A DNA stretch of 63,887 nt, filler included, from Hausera hauseri (GCA_046269625.1; 12 parts of 12 records of this genome joined end to end with filler, not necessarily neighbours in it); one strand, 5' to 3'; shown: positions 34,971 through 48,268, counted from the first letter of the whole stretch. Program-made: numbers and translations. The notes: generated by a model not told the origin, from the letters alone.

Positions 34971-36900
34971 TCATTTCTTCGCGTTGTTAATTTTACGTTT
35001 CGATTGAAATGTGGGTCTTGCTCGTCGTTTATAATTATGGTAGCCGACATGGCGTTCAGCGTCATTTTTCCCTCGTTTTTCTTCATAGGCTTTAAGCATT
35101 TTGCCGAAAGGTGTTATAATTGCAGTTAGAATCTTGCAGAAAAACTCTATTAACGTGAGTATTTTGTACCCATTTATGACTGCTTGGATTACCGCTTTAC
35201 TAGTCCAGATGCGGCTTGTCCAAATATTAAAAATCTTTACGATATTTTGTAGAGTATTTCTGTGGTTACTCGCTGGTAATGGTTCGCACCAAGCAGGGAT
35301 TCCCATTTAGCCTGGTAGCGGGTATAGTCCCCTATGGTTGCCATGGCTGGGTTTAATTCCTGTGTTCGCTGTCATGGAAAAGCGAGAAATTTTCAAAAAG
35401 TTTCGATTTCTTTAGGCCTGTAAATACCATTTTGAGATGTATCCTAAAACTTGTCATCAGTAATTCCTTTTGCTAAATTATTTCCCGTTAGTTTCTTAGG
35501 AATGATAGTAACACTTCCATTAGGTAAGCTAACCCAATCTGTTTCACTACGCCTGAACATTGGTTCACCCAGACGTGCTTTGCAATCCATTAAAATCGTG
35601 GGGTGTGTTGCATTATCGAGCAACACTCTAGTGAGGGGAATGGCTAGATGTGGAGTATTCTGGTAGATTACAGGAAGCTCTTGTATGCATCGTTTTTCTT
35701 CGACGTCGATTGGTACATCTCTTTTCTGGCATTCATATGTCAGTACAACTTCGCCAGTAATTCGGCCAAAAATTCTTTCTCTCATAGGAATAATCGGCGA
35801 GGCTAACTCAGGGTTCGCATAAGTAAGAGCTAGTTTTGTCCTCCTAATCTCTGTATCCAATTTGCAGTCGTTAATTATCATCTTGTGGTATAATTCGGCT
35901 ATTCCGACTTGTCCTTTATAATAAAAATAGTCGTCTCGATTTTTAAGGTAATCTTCGATTCTAATATCTTGCGTTTCCAAGTTGTATGTTTCTGCGTTTA
36001 TCTCCGTTTCTGCGACAAAGAACACTTCGTAGATAGTGGTGAACATTACTACTTCGCAACGTGAAATCATTTTCTTTTTTTATGAATTTCAATACATGCT
36101 GATCAGAGATTAATATTGTGGGTGTAAAATGCTCTGATACATCTTCCCGTGCTCTTAAACAGATGTCAGATTTAATTACGTATCGTTTTCGGTAGTCTCT
36201 TTAAACTTCAATTCCTTAATTTTAATAAAGTTACATCCTTTTCCAGTGGGCGGTTCCCATATGAAGACAGAACTTCTAAAGGCACAGGTTCCGCCCTGTA
36301 TGTGACATCTTTGGTTCCCGGTATACAATTTAGTAACTCTATGGAACATCACTTTCTGTACTCGCATTTCTGATTCGTAAAAGTCCACTACTACTACGTT
36401 TGCTTCTAATCCTTTTCGGGTGTCGTATTCTGCTCCACTACAATGCCCGTTATGCATATTTAATCTTCCGACTACTATCTTGTATGCTCTGATTATTTTT
36501 CCGGGTTGCATTTTTAATTCCATACTATTTCATTTCAGTCTTCCGCTTTCTCTGGCCTGTTTGCAGTGTTGTCTTTCCAAATTTTTTGGAATCGGTGGGG
36601 TTGTTGGTTTGATTATCGAAGAATACTCGTGCATTATTCCACAGCGGAAAACACTGCGAGATTGTCTCAGCATAAACTCCATGCCATCCAAAGATATCAA
36701 CTCTTGTTATTGGTATAGATAATAACTCTTCTCCCTTGTTTCTAATTTATGTGGTTTAGCATCTTCACATGCTTCTAAGTCCATTAATGAATATTTTTGT
36801 CCAAGCTTCAATTTATCGCCATCGTAGACAGTAACAGCACCCGTTTGTTTTATCTGCATCATTATAGTGAGTAAACTGATTAACAAATTTGATTCGTTCT
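34971..36900 (-). pseudogene. Chuvirus-like (class III-type) envelope glycoprotein, fragmented
   Basis: Signal-like hydrophobic stretch, then VYDG...YSLMDLEAC, RSVFRCGIMH, QHCKQ..SG, NGHCSGAEY, NVVV, C....GTC....FIW....CNF, NDC, GRITGEVV..YEC..V.....C.QELPV, PLTRVL...DC...PMF, and a C-terminal hydrophobic VINGY region. This is the Cys/motif order of chuviral G proteins. Confidence 0.8.
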
Positions 36901-37559
36901 TCGTATTGTTATTATCTGTTGTCGTTAGATTTTGTATAATGTCTCCGAATACACTATTACTGTTCCTTTTGTCTTCTTCCTTATCAAATAATTTTGGCCA
37001 ATTTACTTCACACGGGAGTTTTCTAGATGCTCTTCGCGCCAAACTTGTGGCTCGATTTAGTTCATTTACTCGATTTGGATTTGTCTTGATTGCCAAGTAC
37101 AATAATACTTTTCTTAGCTCTTCTATCGTATTCTACACCATAATTTTTTCAACTACTGCGTCATCAGTTAAACTACTTTTTGACAGTTTGAAACGCGAAG
37201 TTCTCATTGTCCTAATTGCGTTAAATATCGCCTTTTCTTTGTCATGTAATGTATCTCTACAAAGACTTGAATAATTTACAATACGTATTAGATTCTTCAT
37301 TAGCTCGTTTAACTCTTCATTGTCGGTGCTGAAGGTAGGGATCTACATCTGTCTCAGCTCTCTAATTAACTCTCCATTTATAGTCAACTTCTCGGGGCTT
37401 CCTAGGTCTGCCGACTGGGCGTCTTGGTCTCGGAGCATTGGCTGCAATTCCATTTAGCGGCACTAGATTTTCGTTGTATTGTTCCTTGTCTTCATTCGTT
37501 TGTAAATACTCAAAATACATTGCAGCATCTCTTATTCCTATGATTTTTCCTACGCATTC

Positions 37560-38273
37560 TTACGTTTTAGCCTTCCGCGTGGCTTGTCCTTTCGTCTGAT
37601 CATTGGTTATTGTTACTACTATCCTATTTGTTTCACCGGGGATGATTCCTACGTCTATTAATTGTTCTAAATCGTCGACTGTTCTTCCTCTAAAATAAAA
37701 TCTGTAATTTAGTTCATTTGTTTCGCCGTTATTTAATAGCCATTCTCTTACGTCCTTTACGTAGAAATGCGTGGTTAGCTCACATTCTTTTTCGTCTGTC
37801 CAGTCGGATGATATCATTATTTTCATCGTTAACTCAGGTTTAGCCCTCAAAGTGTTCGCATATTTCTTCATCAAAAGTTTCGGCACCGTGCCGTAAATTG
37901 TGTTCTCATTAGCCAGTTTAGTCAAGGTCGGAATAAGTTGTCTTAATTTATTTTCAGAAACATTTACGTTAATTAATTCAATTAATTCCTTTTCAGTCTG
38001 CGCTGAGTCCAGGAGCATCTCCACGTTGAATTTCCTGTCCTGAGGATACATTTCTGTTTCATTTAGATGTACCGAAGTTACAGGATTTTCTGCCGTTATT
38101 GCTTCTAAGTAAGTATCCCATTCTGGTTCATTAGCAATATCTGAAAGTCCATAGTCTACTAAGGCTGTGTTCGTCCCTTGTACATTCTCTCGAATTTCTT
38201 TCAATTTTGGTTGTATTTCTTTCATCTGCGTAGTCCGGAAACCTATTCCGTTTCCACAGGCGTATTGAATCAT
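37560..38273 (-). CDS. Hypothetical protein with C-terminal ubiquitin-like domain
   Basis: MKIMIS...VKDVRE.L......YRFYFRGRTVDD...L.D.GI..G....IV aligns by eye with the ubiquitin fold. No diglycine. Confidence 0.55.
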   Translation of the reverse strand: MIQYACGNGIGFRTTQMKEIQPKLKEIRENVQGTNTALVDYGLSDIANEPEWDTYLEAITAENPVTSVHLNETEMYPQDRKFNVEMLLDSAQTEKELIELINVNVSENKLRQLIPTLTKLANENTIYGTVPKLLMKKYANTLRAKPELTMKIMISSDWTDEKECELTTHFYVKDVREWLLNNGETNELNYRFYFRGRTVDDLEQLIDVGIIPGETNRIVVTITNDQTKGQATRKAKT

Positions 38274-38383
38274 TTTCAGTAATNNNNNNNNNNNNNNNNN
38301 NNNNNNNNNNNNNNNNNNNNNNNNNNNTTAATTAATTAANNNNNNNNNNNNNNNNNNNNNNNNNNNNNNNNNNNNNNNNNNNN

Positions 38384-39320
38384 AACGCTGTTTTCAGCTT
38401 ATGGATGCCTACCAAGTTCTCAGCATATATGGTGCTGCTGTGGAAGTTAGGCTTGACAATATGCTTTTTTGTCCGTTTCTAGTCACATACTAGCTCGATG
38501 TTTATTCTGTTGCGGATATTCTCCATCGTCTTGCAAAAGACGCTTATTATTATACAGCTTAAATTGATTATTCTCGAAATCGTTCTTGGCATTTGTCCGC
38601 AGCTTGGTATTCAGATCAATATAGGGCTGCAGCCACATGGACTGGCTGAACTTTAGGGCTCTATGGACTTTAGTAATGCGGAGACCATGTTTAACTGCCT
38701 GCTGGAGATTAATGTAATGAACTGTATACCTTTCCCTATTACCCAGATGATAAAGCAGCTTTCGCTGCTTTCTATTGTGCGGTGGCCTGCTTTCAGAAAG
38801 GAAAGGCAGCTGTTGATGCCTTGTTTGGATGGAAGTCGGATATTCCATATCCACCTTCAGTATGTAGCCGATATCTCCAGTAGGATCCATGTCCAGGATA
38901 GGGATGTATTCAGGATGCTCTACGCACTTGAAATTATCATATGGCAATGGGGCGCGCATTGCCCATCCATACAAGTTGTTGGCATCCAGGTAGGATATAT
39001 ATGATGACTCCTTTGTTAAGTCGTAGTCAGCCATATACGTCTTGGTGGCCTCGCTATACCGGTGAATGGCTTGGCATATTCCCCATCTAATGTCTATTTT
39101 AATTAGAAGGATCATGTCGCAATGCTTAATGATTTGGAGCCTGATACCGGTGTAGTGCAGCATTGCTGCCCAGCTCATCCCTGGAGCCGTGAAGAAATGA
39201 GCCGGATTTAAAGTATAGCTCTTCATTGCAACATCCCTGAAACTTTCAAAAACATCTGTCAACAGCAGCACATCGGTTTGGAGATATATATCACTATATT
39301 CCCCTAATGTTCAGCATTAG
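38384..39320 (-). pseudogene. Protein-primed PolB fragment (second lineage)
   Basis: EYSDIYLQTDVLLLTDVFESFR, PAHFFTAPGMSW.AML, IR.GI.Q, YLDANNLYGWAM, GYILKVDMEYP, F.QS.WL.PYIDLNT.LR..AKNDFE, KL.NN. Confidence 0.92.
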
Positions 39321-39469
39321 AATGCCTGCCAGACGTTCTGAGTTTAGGGGTCTGACGATTTGTGCCGGCATTACCACTGGCCCATCACTTAAGAGCGATA
39401 AAACAATAAACCAAAAAGGATATGGGACAATGACAAGAAAAAACGAGATAATTGTCACAACTTTTATTG

Positions 39470-40290
39470 CTAACATAATCGCTGTTGACCGAGTCAACCG
39501 AGGCATACGAGGCGTCCGTGGAGGATGATGCCAGGTAGTTTCAGAGACCGCGGAGTACACGGGTCGGAGCGTCGTCCGAACTCGAGTCCGACGGTGCGGG
39601 TTTTCTTGGTGCCGGGTCAATACATCGGCGACGAAGTAGTTTCGGTGCACTGCCTGGGCTCGAAGTCCTTCTAGGCATTCGTTGGTGATCTTGTCGTGTC
39701 GGGACTAACCCGCTGTCCGATGGTTCCACGGATTCTTAGAGGCGGTCGGAGGCCGCCATCAGTCTTAGGAAGACTGGCAGAAAAACCGACGAGTCAAAAA
39801 GGCGTCGATTTTTCCCGTCCTCGTAGAACCGATGAAGCGTGGTCGTCGGTAAGGCGTAGGGATCGTATTGCCCAAGACGGGTCAAGTGCCGTAAGAAACG
39901 GCTCCGTTGTAGGAGCTCCCGTACCGTTAGAAAGTCCGAATAAGACCGGTACGGGGCTGGACTGTTTGTGTCGCGACGGCGTTTTCCGCGGGAGGCGGTA
40001 TTCCGTTTGTTGGTGTGTAGCCATTTATCTGGTCGACCCGGGTCCAGTGAGGCGGTGCGGCTGTCGGCGTTATTGCCCGCCTTGGCATGCACCGGTCGGG
40101 GTATCTTGGGAATACGATACCCCGTAATCGGCATAGTCTTTCTGTCACCGAGGGTGGTGTTCGCTGCGTTGCTGTGTCGGCCGGGATGGCCTTTGTATCG
40201 TTCCGGGCAATTGGTTCGCCGGGTTTTGTCGTTTTGGCTGAGCTTAATTGCTCCGCGACATACTGGTTGGCCCTTGGATGCATCATGCCG
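39470..40290 (-). pseudogene. Unknown protein, repeated gene family copy 2 (disrupted)
   Basis: GYRIPK and TVRELLQRSRF...RRLFDSS.FLPVF.RLMAA are shared with 13212-13814. Shared SYAS C-terminal motif and downstream AATAAA. Confidence 0.7.
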
Positions 40291-41018
40291 TTATAACTGG
40301 CCGGCTTGTCCGTCTTTTCTTGAGAGTCATTGATCCGTTTATTTTGTTTTTTTTTAATACAATGTGCAATCCTTAGACTGTGGATTTAAACAAACGGATT
40401 AAATCCACAGATCTTGATTGTTAATTTTTATTATTACAAGTGCTGGTCACTTCGGAACTTGTAATCCTGATTTATTTTATGATTTAATTTTATTATTTCA
40501 ATTTATCTGTGATGTTGTATAAATTTAAGAAATTTTTATGTTTGGTGAATCCGTGATAATCAGTTATTGGTTTTATTTTTTGACCAGGTATGTGATGTTG
40601 AATTAATATTTTTTTGAGATTTCAATTTTAAATTAGCGTATTAGTAGAGAAAATTACCCGATTTTAATTTTATATATAGGTGAATTAAATTTTCGTGTTA
40701 GATTAACTTGTATTTAAGTATTTGATTTCTTCGTTGTGTGATATAACTTACATGTTTGAATGAATTTTTATAAAAATTTTAGATTGTAAGGTAGAACCTT
40801 ACATACATGTTGCAGTATGTTGAGCTGCAAACTTAAGGGTATTTGTTCGGATGTACACTTAAGCTTCTTGCCGGTGATACTGATAGTTTTTTTCTTCAGT
40901 GTCAAAATGAAATATAAACGCGTAACTACGAAAAATGAAGAATGACGGCTTGTTGGATATGTCAAGTTACAGACCGGACAATTGACTATATTCAACGGAA
41001 GTTGCAAATAAAATTGGC

Positions 41019-41345
41019 TTGGTTAAAGGTAAAAGTTGTGAGGTTTTTCACTTTACTGAATGGATTTTCCTTCGACCAAAATGTTACAGTATGTTAATTA
41101 GTGGCGGATCAGAAAAAATGAGAGCAAAGGGCGTTTCGTTGAAAAGGACCGCTATAAATCATGATTCGTTTAAAAATACGTATATTCATCAAAGTGAATG
41201 TCGAGTTGAACAGCGTCTCATACAGTCTATAAACCATCAATTGTATACAATTAAAAGAAATAAAATTGCTCTATCATCCGTGGACAATAAAAGACATTGG
41301 ATCAGCTGTAATGAAAGCCGTGCATATGGACATTACTCGCTTTAA
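41019..41345 (+). pseudogene. Protein-primed PolB C-terminal fragment
   Basis: EWIFLRPKCYS, RAKGV, I.SINHQLYTI..NKIALS..DNKR, RAYGHY; closely similar to 4100-4522. Confidence 0.9.
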
Positions 41346-42457
41346 TCGTCTGTTGTAAATATATTTTTCCTTCTTTCGATTTATTTGTTATAGACTACCT
41401 TTCTATACCTTTTCTGTTTGATGAATAATTACTACTTTGCTAAATATGTATAATTAATTTAAAACTTTATTCAGTCGGGATCAAATGGAATATTTTGTGA
41501 TGCAAAAAAGGTTTTTGATTACTACATGAACAACTTACGAAAACCTATTTTAATTAAATTGAATTTGGTCACTATTGTCTCAGGACACTCCCACATCTTT
41601 GGTCTTTTTACCCTAACCTAAAAAAGTAGACTGTTTTCAGTACAAATGCTTTTCTTAAAATAAGATAAGCTGAAGATGACAACACATCTTGAAATACATG
41701 GCAGGTGTAGTTAAATGATTAAGGTCCTGTAATAATAATCAGTAAAGTAGTGGTTCTGTTGGCAGTGTTGGGGCCCCTGAGCTAGGTCCCAAACCATCAA
41801 ATGCTCAAAAACCAGTTTATTTTAAAATAATTGTACATCGCTTTGAATAAAAGCTACATAAATACAGTAAATGTATATTATTACTAATATAAAATGTTCG
41901 GCAATCAGTCAATTCAGTAATTATTATTTTTAGGTAAGTTGTCAGAAAATTGCAGTATTGTCTATTTTGTTTCTTGCTTGTAAAACGTGTTTGGTTGTCA
42001 TAGTAACCTGACTGTTTGCGTAAGGTTTCAAGCCATTTAATAAGATTCACAAGATGCAGCTTCCAAGATATTAATATGCAAGTTTCTTTCAGTTGTATTA
42101 ATTTTTACAAAACTGAGTGCTTATGGTTGAGTATTACACTGCTGTATATGCTATTGGAACCAGCATCATGACATTCACAGCATTTCTTATTTGCTTTGTT
42201 TCCCATTTCAGCATCCACCAAAAAGTGTTTTCAGTAACTGCTTCAGTAACTTGTTGATTGCATGCCATCTTCCTGAGACTACATACACTCTTCCTTCACC
42301 CTTTCTCATACAAGAATCTACTATTCTACTTATATAACCATTATTTTCTCNNNNNNNNNNNNNNNNNNNNNNNNNNNNNNNNNNNNNNNNNNNNTTAATT
42401 AATTAANNNNNNNNNNNNNNNNNNNNNNNNNNNNNNNNNNNNNNNNNNNNTTCCATA

Positions 42458-42910
42458 ATGTTAGATAATATCAATTATCGCGGACATGTTACCGAGTGTA
42501 ACATTAACACACTACCTTTTAATCAATGGAAATCGAGGCAGTATGTACTCAAGTGTTCACCGGATTTTACATGCATTGTATTTCAATCGGGAAAGTGTCG
42601 TATTATGGGGTGTCGCAAACCAATCACAGCTGACAGTAACAGTAAAATACTACAATTCGGAATTGTCATTGACCAAATCTAATCAATAACGGTAACGACT
42701 CAGTTAGACTACCACCAAACAATTAATCTGTACAAATTAGCAATGGCCACTACTGAATGTATATATGAACCCGAACTATTTCCTGCACTGAGACTGACAT
42801 AGTTTCTCCCACTTTGTGTCAGTGTGTTTAGCAGTGGTAAAATTGTTGTACTCGGTATTCGGGCAGTGGACTATGAACCGATTATTAATCAAATTAAAAA
42901 CCATATAAAT
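42458..42910 (+). pseudogene. Divergent TATA-binding protein (TBP)-like ORF, two in-frame stops
   Basis: Both TBP repeats are visible: TCIVFQSGKCRIMG, then I*SITV...INLYKLA...YEPELFPALRL...VSVFSSGKIVVLG. Confidence 0.8.
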
Positions 42911-44876
42911 GTTTTAGTGAATCAAAATAATGTACATTGCACAACAAACTATAAATACCATTCCCATGGTTATTCAGACATTACTGCCATGGAAGACGAC
43001 GACAAAACGATTCTAATTAATGATGATGGTTGTGAGAATGATGAAAGTTCAGATTGGTCGTGGTTTTTTGGCTACAAAAAGGACAATTCTGATGTCAAAT
43101 TTCTGGAAACGAAAACAGAACCTTCTAATGGCGATTGTCTGCAGGGTGATTGTCCGGAAAAGAAAAAGAAACTTGCTCAGAAATCATCATCAGCAAAACC
43201 GACGTTAAAAAGGCAAGTGGCAATGATTGGAATATGTAATGGAAAATCAAAACCGTCGTCGTCGCGCCAAACACATATTTTTACTGAAACGAATTTTTCG
43301 CAAATATTAAATTCATTTTCTGAAAACTCCCGTACTGATTTCATTGAATGATTCCGTGTCTCTATGTGCACCCAAGAACTGCTATCATGTAAAACGGCTT
43401 TCGGGTGAAAATATGGATAGACTTTCTGATGCTATACATTAATTAAACGTGGATTTAAAATTGAACGAAACGACCGCGCAAATGCAATCTGTCGTTTTAC
43501 AGGCTCACAAAACGAAATTGTTTGATTTTATCTGTCACGAAATGCATCATGTACCCGACTATAATGTTTAGTTCCGTTGGATGATTGAAATCAATTTCGA
43601 TGATGTTGTCATGAATACATAAAGCAACAGAATCCGTTTCAACAATCTCCGCTAAACGTCTCTGATTTTGTAATAACTCCCTCTTAATATCCATTGCTTC
43701 AAACTCAATTTTGCACTTCAAAAAATATAGTTAAATCCCCAAAAGAAATTTCGTGACAAAATATCTATAAGATACTGAAAATGACAATATGGCTAGAGTA
43801 ATTATTCAATTTAAAAACAAAAAAAAAATTATTTAATATTTAAACACTAACTTTTTTACATATAAAAACAATAAAATTCTACATATATCAAAAGAAAAGG
43901 TTGGTCAAATCTGACGCATATTCCATAAAACCACCGGCAGCATTAATCGTTAATTTATGATTATTAAGAACTGGTGAACAATGTAAAAATCTACGTTTCT
44001 TCAATTGGGCCACAAAATTATCAGGAATCAAAGAGTTTCGTTTGTAGACCATCCAGAATGTTGGTACAAACTCCGAATGTAGTATATAAAACGTATTATT
44101 ACTTGGTCCATATTTTTAATACATTTAAAGGTAAGACAGAGAATCTTGTCTGGTAAAATTGAAGAACTTTCTGACTTCATTGAGTACATCCAATCCGCCA
44201 AAAGCAAAAAAGAATTCTGATCCGTATTTAAAATCAGGTGGTGACAATTTTTCTGTTTCATAAGCAGAAATCTTTTTTGTAGAAATCCGGATAACAAATT
44301 GCATTTCATCTTTAATTCTAGAAAATGCAATATTTTCGGAATTTTAATAGCAACGACTGATAAGCGTAGGATTCCAATATTGAATAACATTCTTTTGGGT
44401 AAAATATTGGATGGGTAACTGGTACAACTGCTGAAGGATTATCGGTCTTTGAACACTGAACAAAATTCTGATTTTCAGTGTTGTTGATACAAAAGTATCC
44501 ATATAAAATGTGCTGTGTAGCTTTTTTTAAAGGACCTCGAATTTGAAAAAGATAATCGGAGGGTTTATCAATGATTCCAATTGAGATTGCATAATTAAGA
44601 ATATTTTGAATTTTAGAATGATCGCAATTGCATCCATCAATTTTCTCGAGTCTTCTCGACGGACGGTTGAATTAATTGTTGAATTTTTAGTTTGTGCCTT
44701 TTTCATCCAAGGATAGATAACTATTGGCCTCATCATTTGAGGGTATTTATTTGGAAGATAACTAGACTTTAATGCCGCTGTTCCATTGCTTTTGGCTAGC
44801 GATTCTGATGATGATGAATTAGACAGAGAAATCTTTTAAGTCTACAAAGGTGTTTTACCATTTTTCTGAATATTAG

Positions 44877-47800
44877 TGCGTAGCGTGGACGTGATCGATG
44901 ATGGATGGCAATCGGGAGCATCTTTTCAATTTTGATTTTTGGATCAAAGAGTTGGAAAATCGGACTTAACTATGGGCATGACGCGGCGGCAGCGGACGTC
45001 CGGCCGTGCCCGACCAAATGGGCCAAAGGGCACCGGCCGCTGGAGGCACCACATCACCCCCCCCCCCGGTTGCAAAATGAAAACTACGAAGATCAAAACA
45101 GACTGAAAGAAAAAATCGCTAAATGAAAAATGTCTGTGTCAGTTGGTTTTAGTGTGGACAAGACTTTTGGTGCCTTCTGCTGATATTTCCCTGCTATACT
45201 TGCTAAATGTGACTCTGCGTGTTTGTCTTTATGCTGTGTGTTTGCTTGCAGAGGTTAAAGTTGGGGAAAAAATTTGTCAGATTTTGTTGTGAGTGTTGTG
45301 TCATGCAAATCCTAGTCAGAAAAAAGAGAAGAAGAAGAAATCGAAGTAGGAAGAGAGATTTTAGGAGATGGATGGTTGAATGTCTTCAAGAGAGTGTTGG
45401 AAGATAAAGGACTGAAAAGAGGTGTAGTGGCGGATGAAGAATGAGAGACGAAAAGTGGTGTAGAAATTGAAATTGTAGTGTGTGAAAGAGTAGAGGTAGA
45501 GGATGAAACAAAGGTAGTAGTGGAGAGAGGAAAAGAGATATGGATAGAAGCATAGATTAGAGGAAGTTGCGAAGCGGAAATTAAAAGGGTAAAAGACAAT
45601 GTGTGAGCAGAAAGGGAAAAGGAAAGCGCCGAAAATGAGGAAGGTGTGGACGGAGAAAGAGAGAGAGAAGAAGGCGGAGAGGGACAAAGCGGAAAAGAGC
45701 AAGAAGATGCAGAAGGCAAAGGAAACTAGTTGGAAGGTGGTATGCAAAAGGCTGGAATGATGAAAGGAATGGATGGAGAGATTGGTGAAGTTAAAGTGGT
45801 GTTTGGCGGAGGAGGTTTTGTAAAAGGAGAAAGAAAGTTGTCATCAGGGGATGGAGGAGGTGTTAGAAGGCTTGAAGTTGCAAAACCGGATGGGGAAAAG
45901 GAGGCTGAACTGTCAGAAGAAATTGAAGTAGAAGTCTTGGGAGAAAACGTAGGTAAAAGTGGATTAAGAAATTGAGCAGAGATGGAAGGTGAATTGTTGG
46001 ATTGCTGCGCGTCGTGTAAAGATGTTGATAGAGAAGTGGTTTCAATGGGAGACGTGTCCTCAATGAAGAAAGCCGGCTTAGCGTTTTTGATGTGAACTTT
46101 TACTTCTTTGTTGTCCTTGAGAATGATGATATTGTGAGAGTGTAAACGAATTACTTTGTAAGGGCCAACATACTAAAGTCGAAAACCACACGGTGTCTGA
46201 TTCTTTAGCCATACGAACTTGGCAGTGGATAAATCGTGGGGTATGTAAGGTTTATTTCCGTGTAATAGTCTACAAAATGAGTCTTTGCTGATAGCAACGA
46301 AGTGTCTCTGAGCCGCTTGTATGGTTTCGTCTGTAGGAATATTGTCCAGCTCAGCCAGCTCGAATAATGGTCTGATAGAGGTACCAAATAATGCTTCTGC
46401 AGGTAAACAGCCTGTAGAAGTTGATGGTGTGTTCCGCCAGCCAAGCAGAACGTATGGAATGAGTGTAGACCAACTGCGATTGGACTCAGAAAGGATTTTG
46501 AGAGACGTTTTCATCGTTTGTTGAAAGCGTTTGAGAAGGTCATTCGATTGAGGATCACATGGTGACGTGTGAATGTGATTAATTCCCAATCGATTGACAA
46601 GAGCTTTAAACAGGTTGGATTCGAACTGTGAACCTTGGTCCGAAATGATGTGGTGAGATGATCCAAACTTGCTAATCCAAGTGCGGATGAAAACGTCTGC
46701 GATGGATTTGTGTTGGTTCTCCGAAGCGGGACGGCCTCTGGCCATCGCGAGGAACGGTCCATCATTGTGAAGATGAACTGATGGACGTTGTCTAAAGGTA
46801 ATGGGCCTGCAAGGTCAATGTGAACAGGTTCAAAACGAGACGTGCAGGGAAAATGATATAGTGATGGCTTTAGGTGCTTTGTAACTTTGTGTTTTTGGCA
46901 TGGCACACACTGCCTAACCCATGCCTGCACGTCAGAGCGCATCGACGGCCATACTACTTGGCGTCGTAAGAGTCGAAAAGTGGCCTTGGTACCGGGATGA
47001 TGCAACGAATGGATGCTGTTGAATGCTTCTTTTTGAAGCGATTCAGAAAGTATGACTTTAGGATTATTAGGTTTAAAGGTGTCAAAGGACACACCGTCAA
47101 TGGTTTTGCACGATTTAAAAGATTTAAGGATGTCAAGAGGTGGCTGGTTTTGTTGAAGTTTGGATTGAGGGAAAATTGGTGTAAAATCAATCGAGCTGAC
47201 CGATCGGGACAAAAGGTCAGCTACTAAATTGTCGATTCCGTTTATGTGCTTAATTTCAAAATTAAATGTGGATAAGTACGATATTTGCCTCTCCTGACGT
47301 GGAGAAGGCGATTTCATTGTCAGGATTTGAAGCAAGGGCTTGTAGTCCGTTTGTATTGTAAAAGTTTGTGCAATTAGCAGATGTTTAAAGTTTTTTACGG
47401 CAAGGACCATTGCAAGCAACTCTCGGTCAAAGGTGGAATATCTTTGCTCTTTCGCCGTGAATTTCCGAGAGAAGAATTCTAATGGTTTATTGGATCCATT
47501 TTTGACTTGATGGAGGACAGCACCTGCAGGTGTTGTGGATGCGTCTGTGGTTAAGAAGAGTTCTGCATGGGAGTCGGGATAAGACAGGATTTCTACGGTT
47601 TTTAGATTATTTTTAAGGTGATCGTAAGCGTTGACTAGCTTGGCGGTCAATTGAATAGGCTGTTTTTTCTTGCCAGAGTTTAGGGATGCAAATGGAGCGG
47701 TTAGAGTGGAGCAGTGTGGAACATACTTATGAATAAAGTGCAGGGCTCCGAGGAATGAACGCATCTCTGTTGATGTACGTGGTAACTGTATGTTTTTGAG

Positions 47801-48268
47801 CTGTGTGATGCGGTCTGGCTGAGGTGAATGTACGGAGCAGCTAATAACATGTCCTAGGAAGTTAACCTTATGTTGAAAGAAAGAGCATTTGAAGAAATTA
47901 ATTTGCAAATTGTTTTGGTGCAAGCGCTGGACGATTAGACGTATGTGTTTGGAGTGTTGTTTTGAGGAAGATGGTGCAATTAAGATATCATCGATATAGG
48001 GATAGGCAAAGTCTAAACCTGAGAGAACTGTATCGATATGCCTTTGGAAAGTCTGAGAAGCGCTACGGAGTCCAAAAGGCATGAAGAGGTATTTAAAGAG
48101 GCCGAAAGATGTAATGACAGACGTTTTCGGAATGTCTAGTGAAGCCACCGGAATTTGGTGGTATGCTTTATGTACATCAATGCAGGAAAAGATGGTTGAA
48201 CTATGGAGCCTGTGAAGGATACGTTGATTAATGGTAGAGGGTAGGCATCCATTGTTGTTATAATGTTG
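44877..48268 (-). mobile_element. Ty3/gypsy element, 3' part (RT-RH-INT-S/P tail-PPT-3' LTR)
   Basis: 545-aa ORF 46511-48148 with YIDD, TDAS and HHCC. Integrase core continues frameshifted in 46173-46745, then GPY. G11 PPT at ~45057-45067 is followed by TG(A)TGTGGTGCC. Same family as 9107-12117. Confidence 0.95.
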
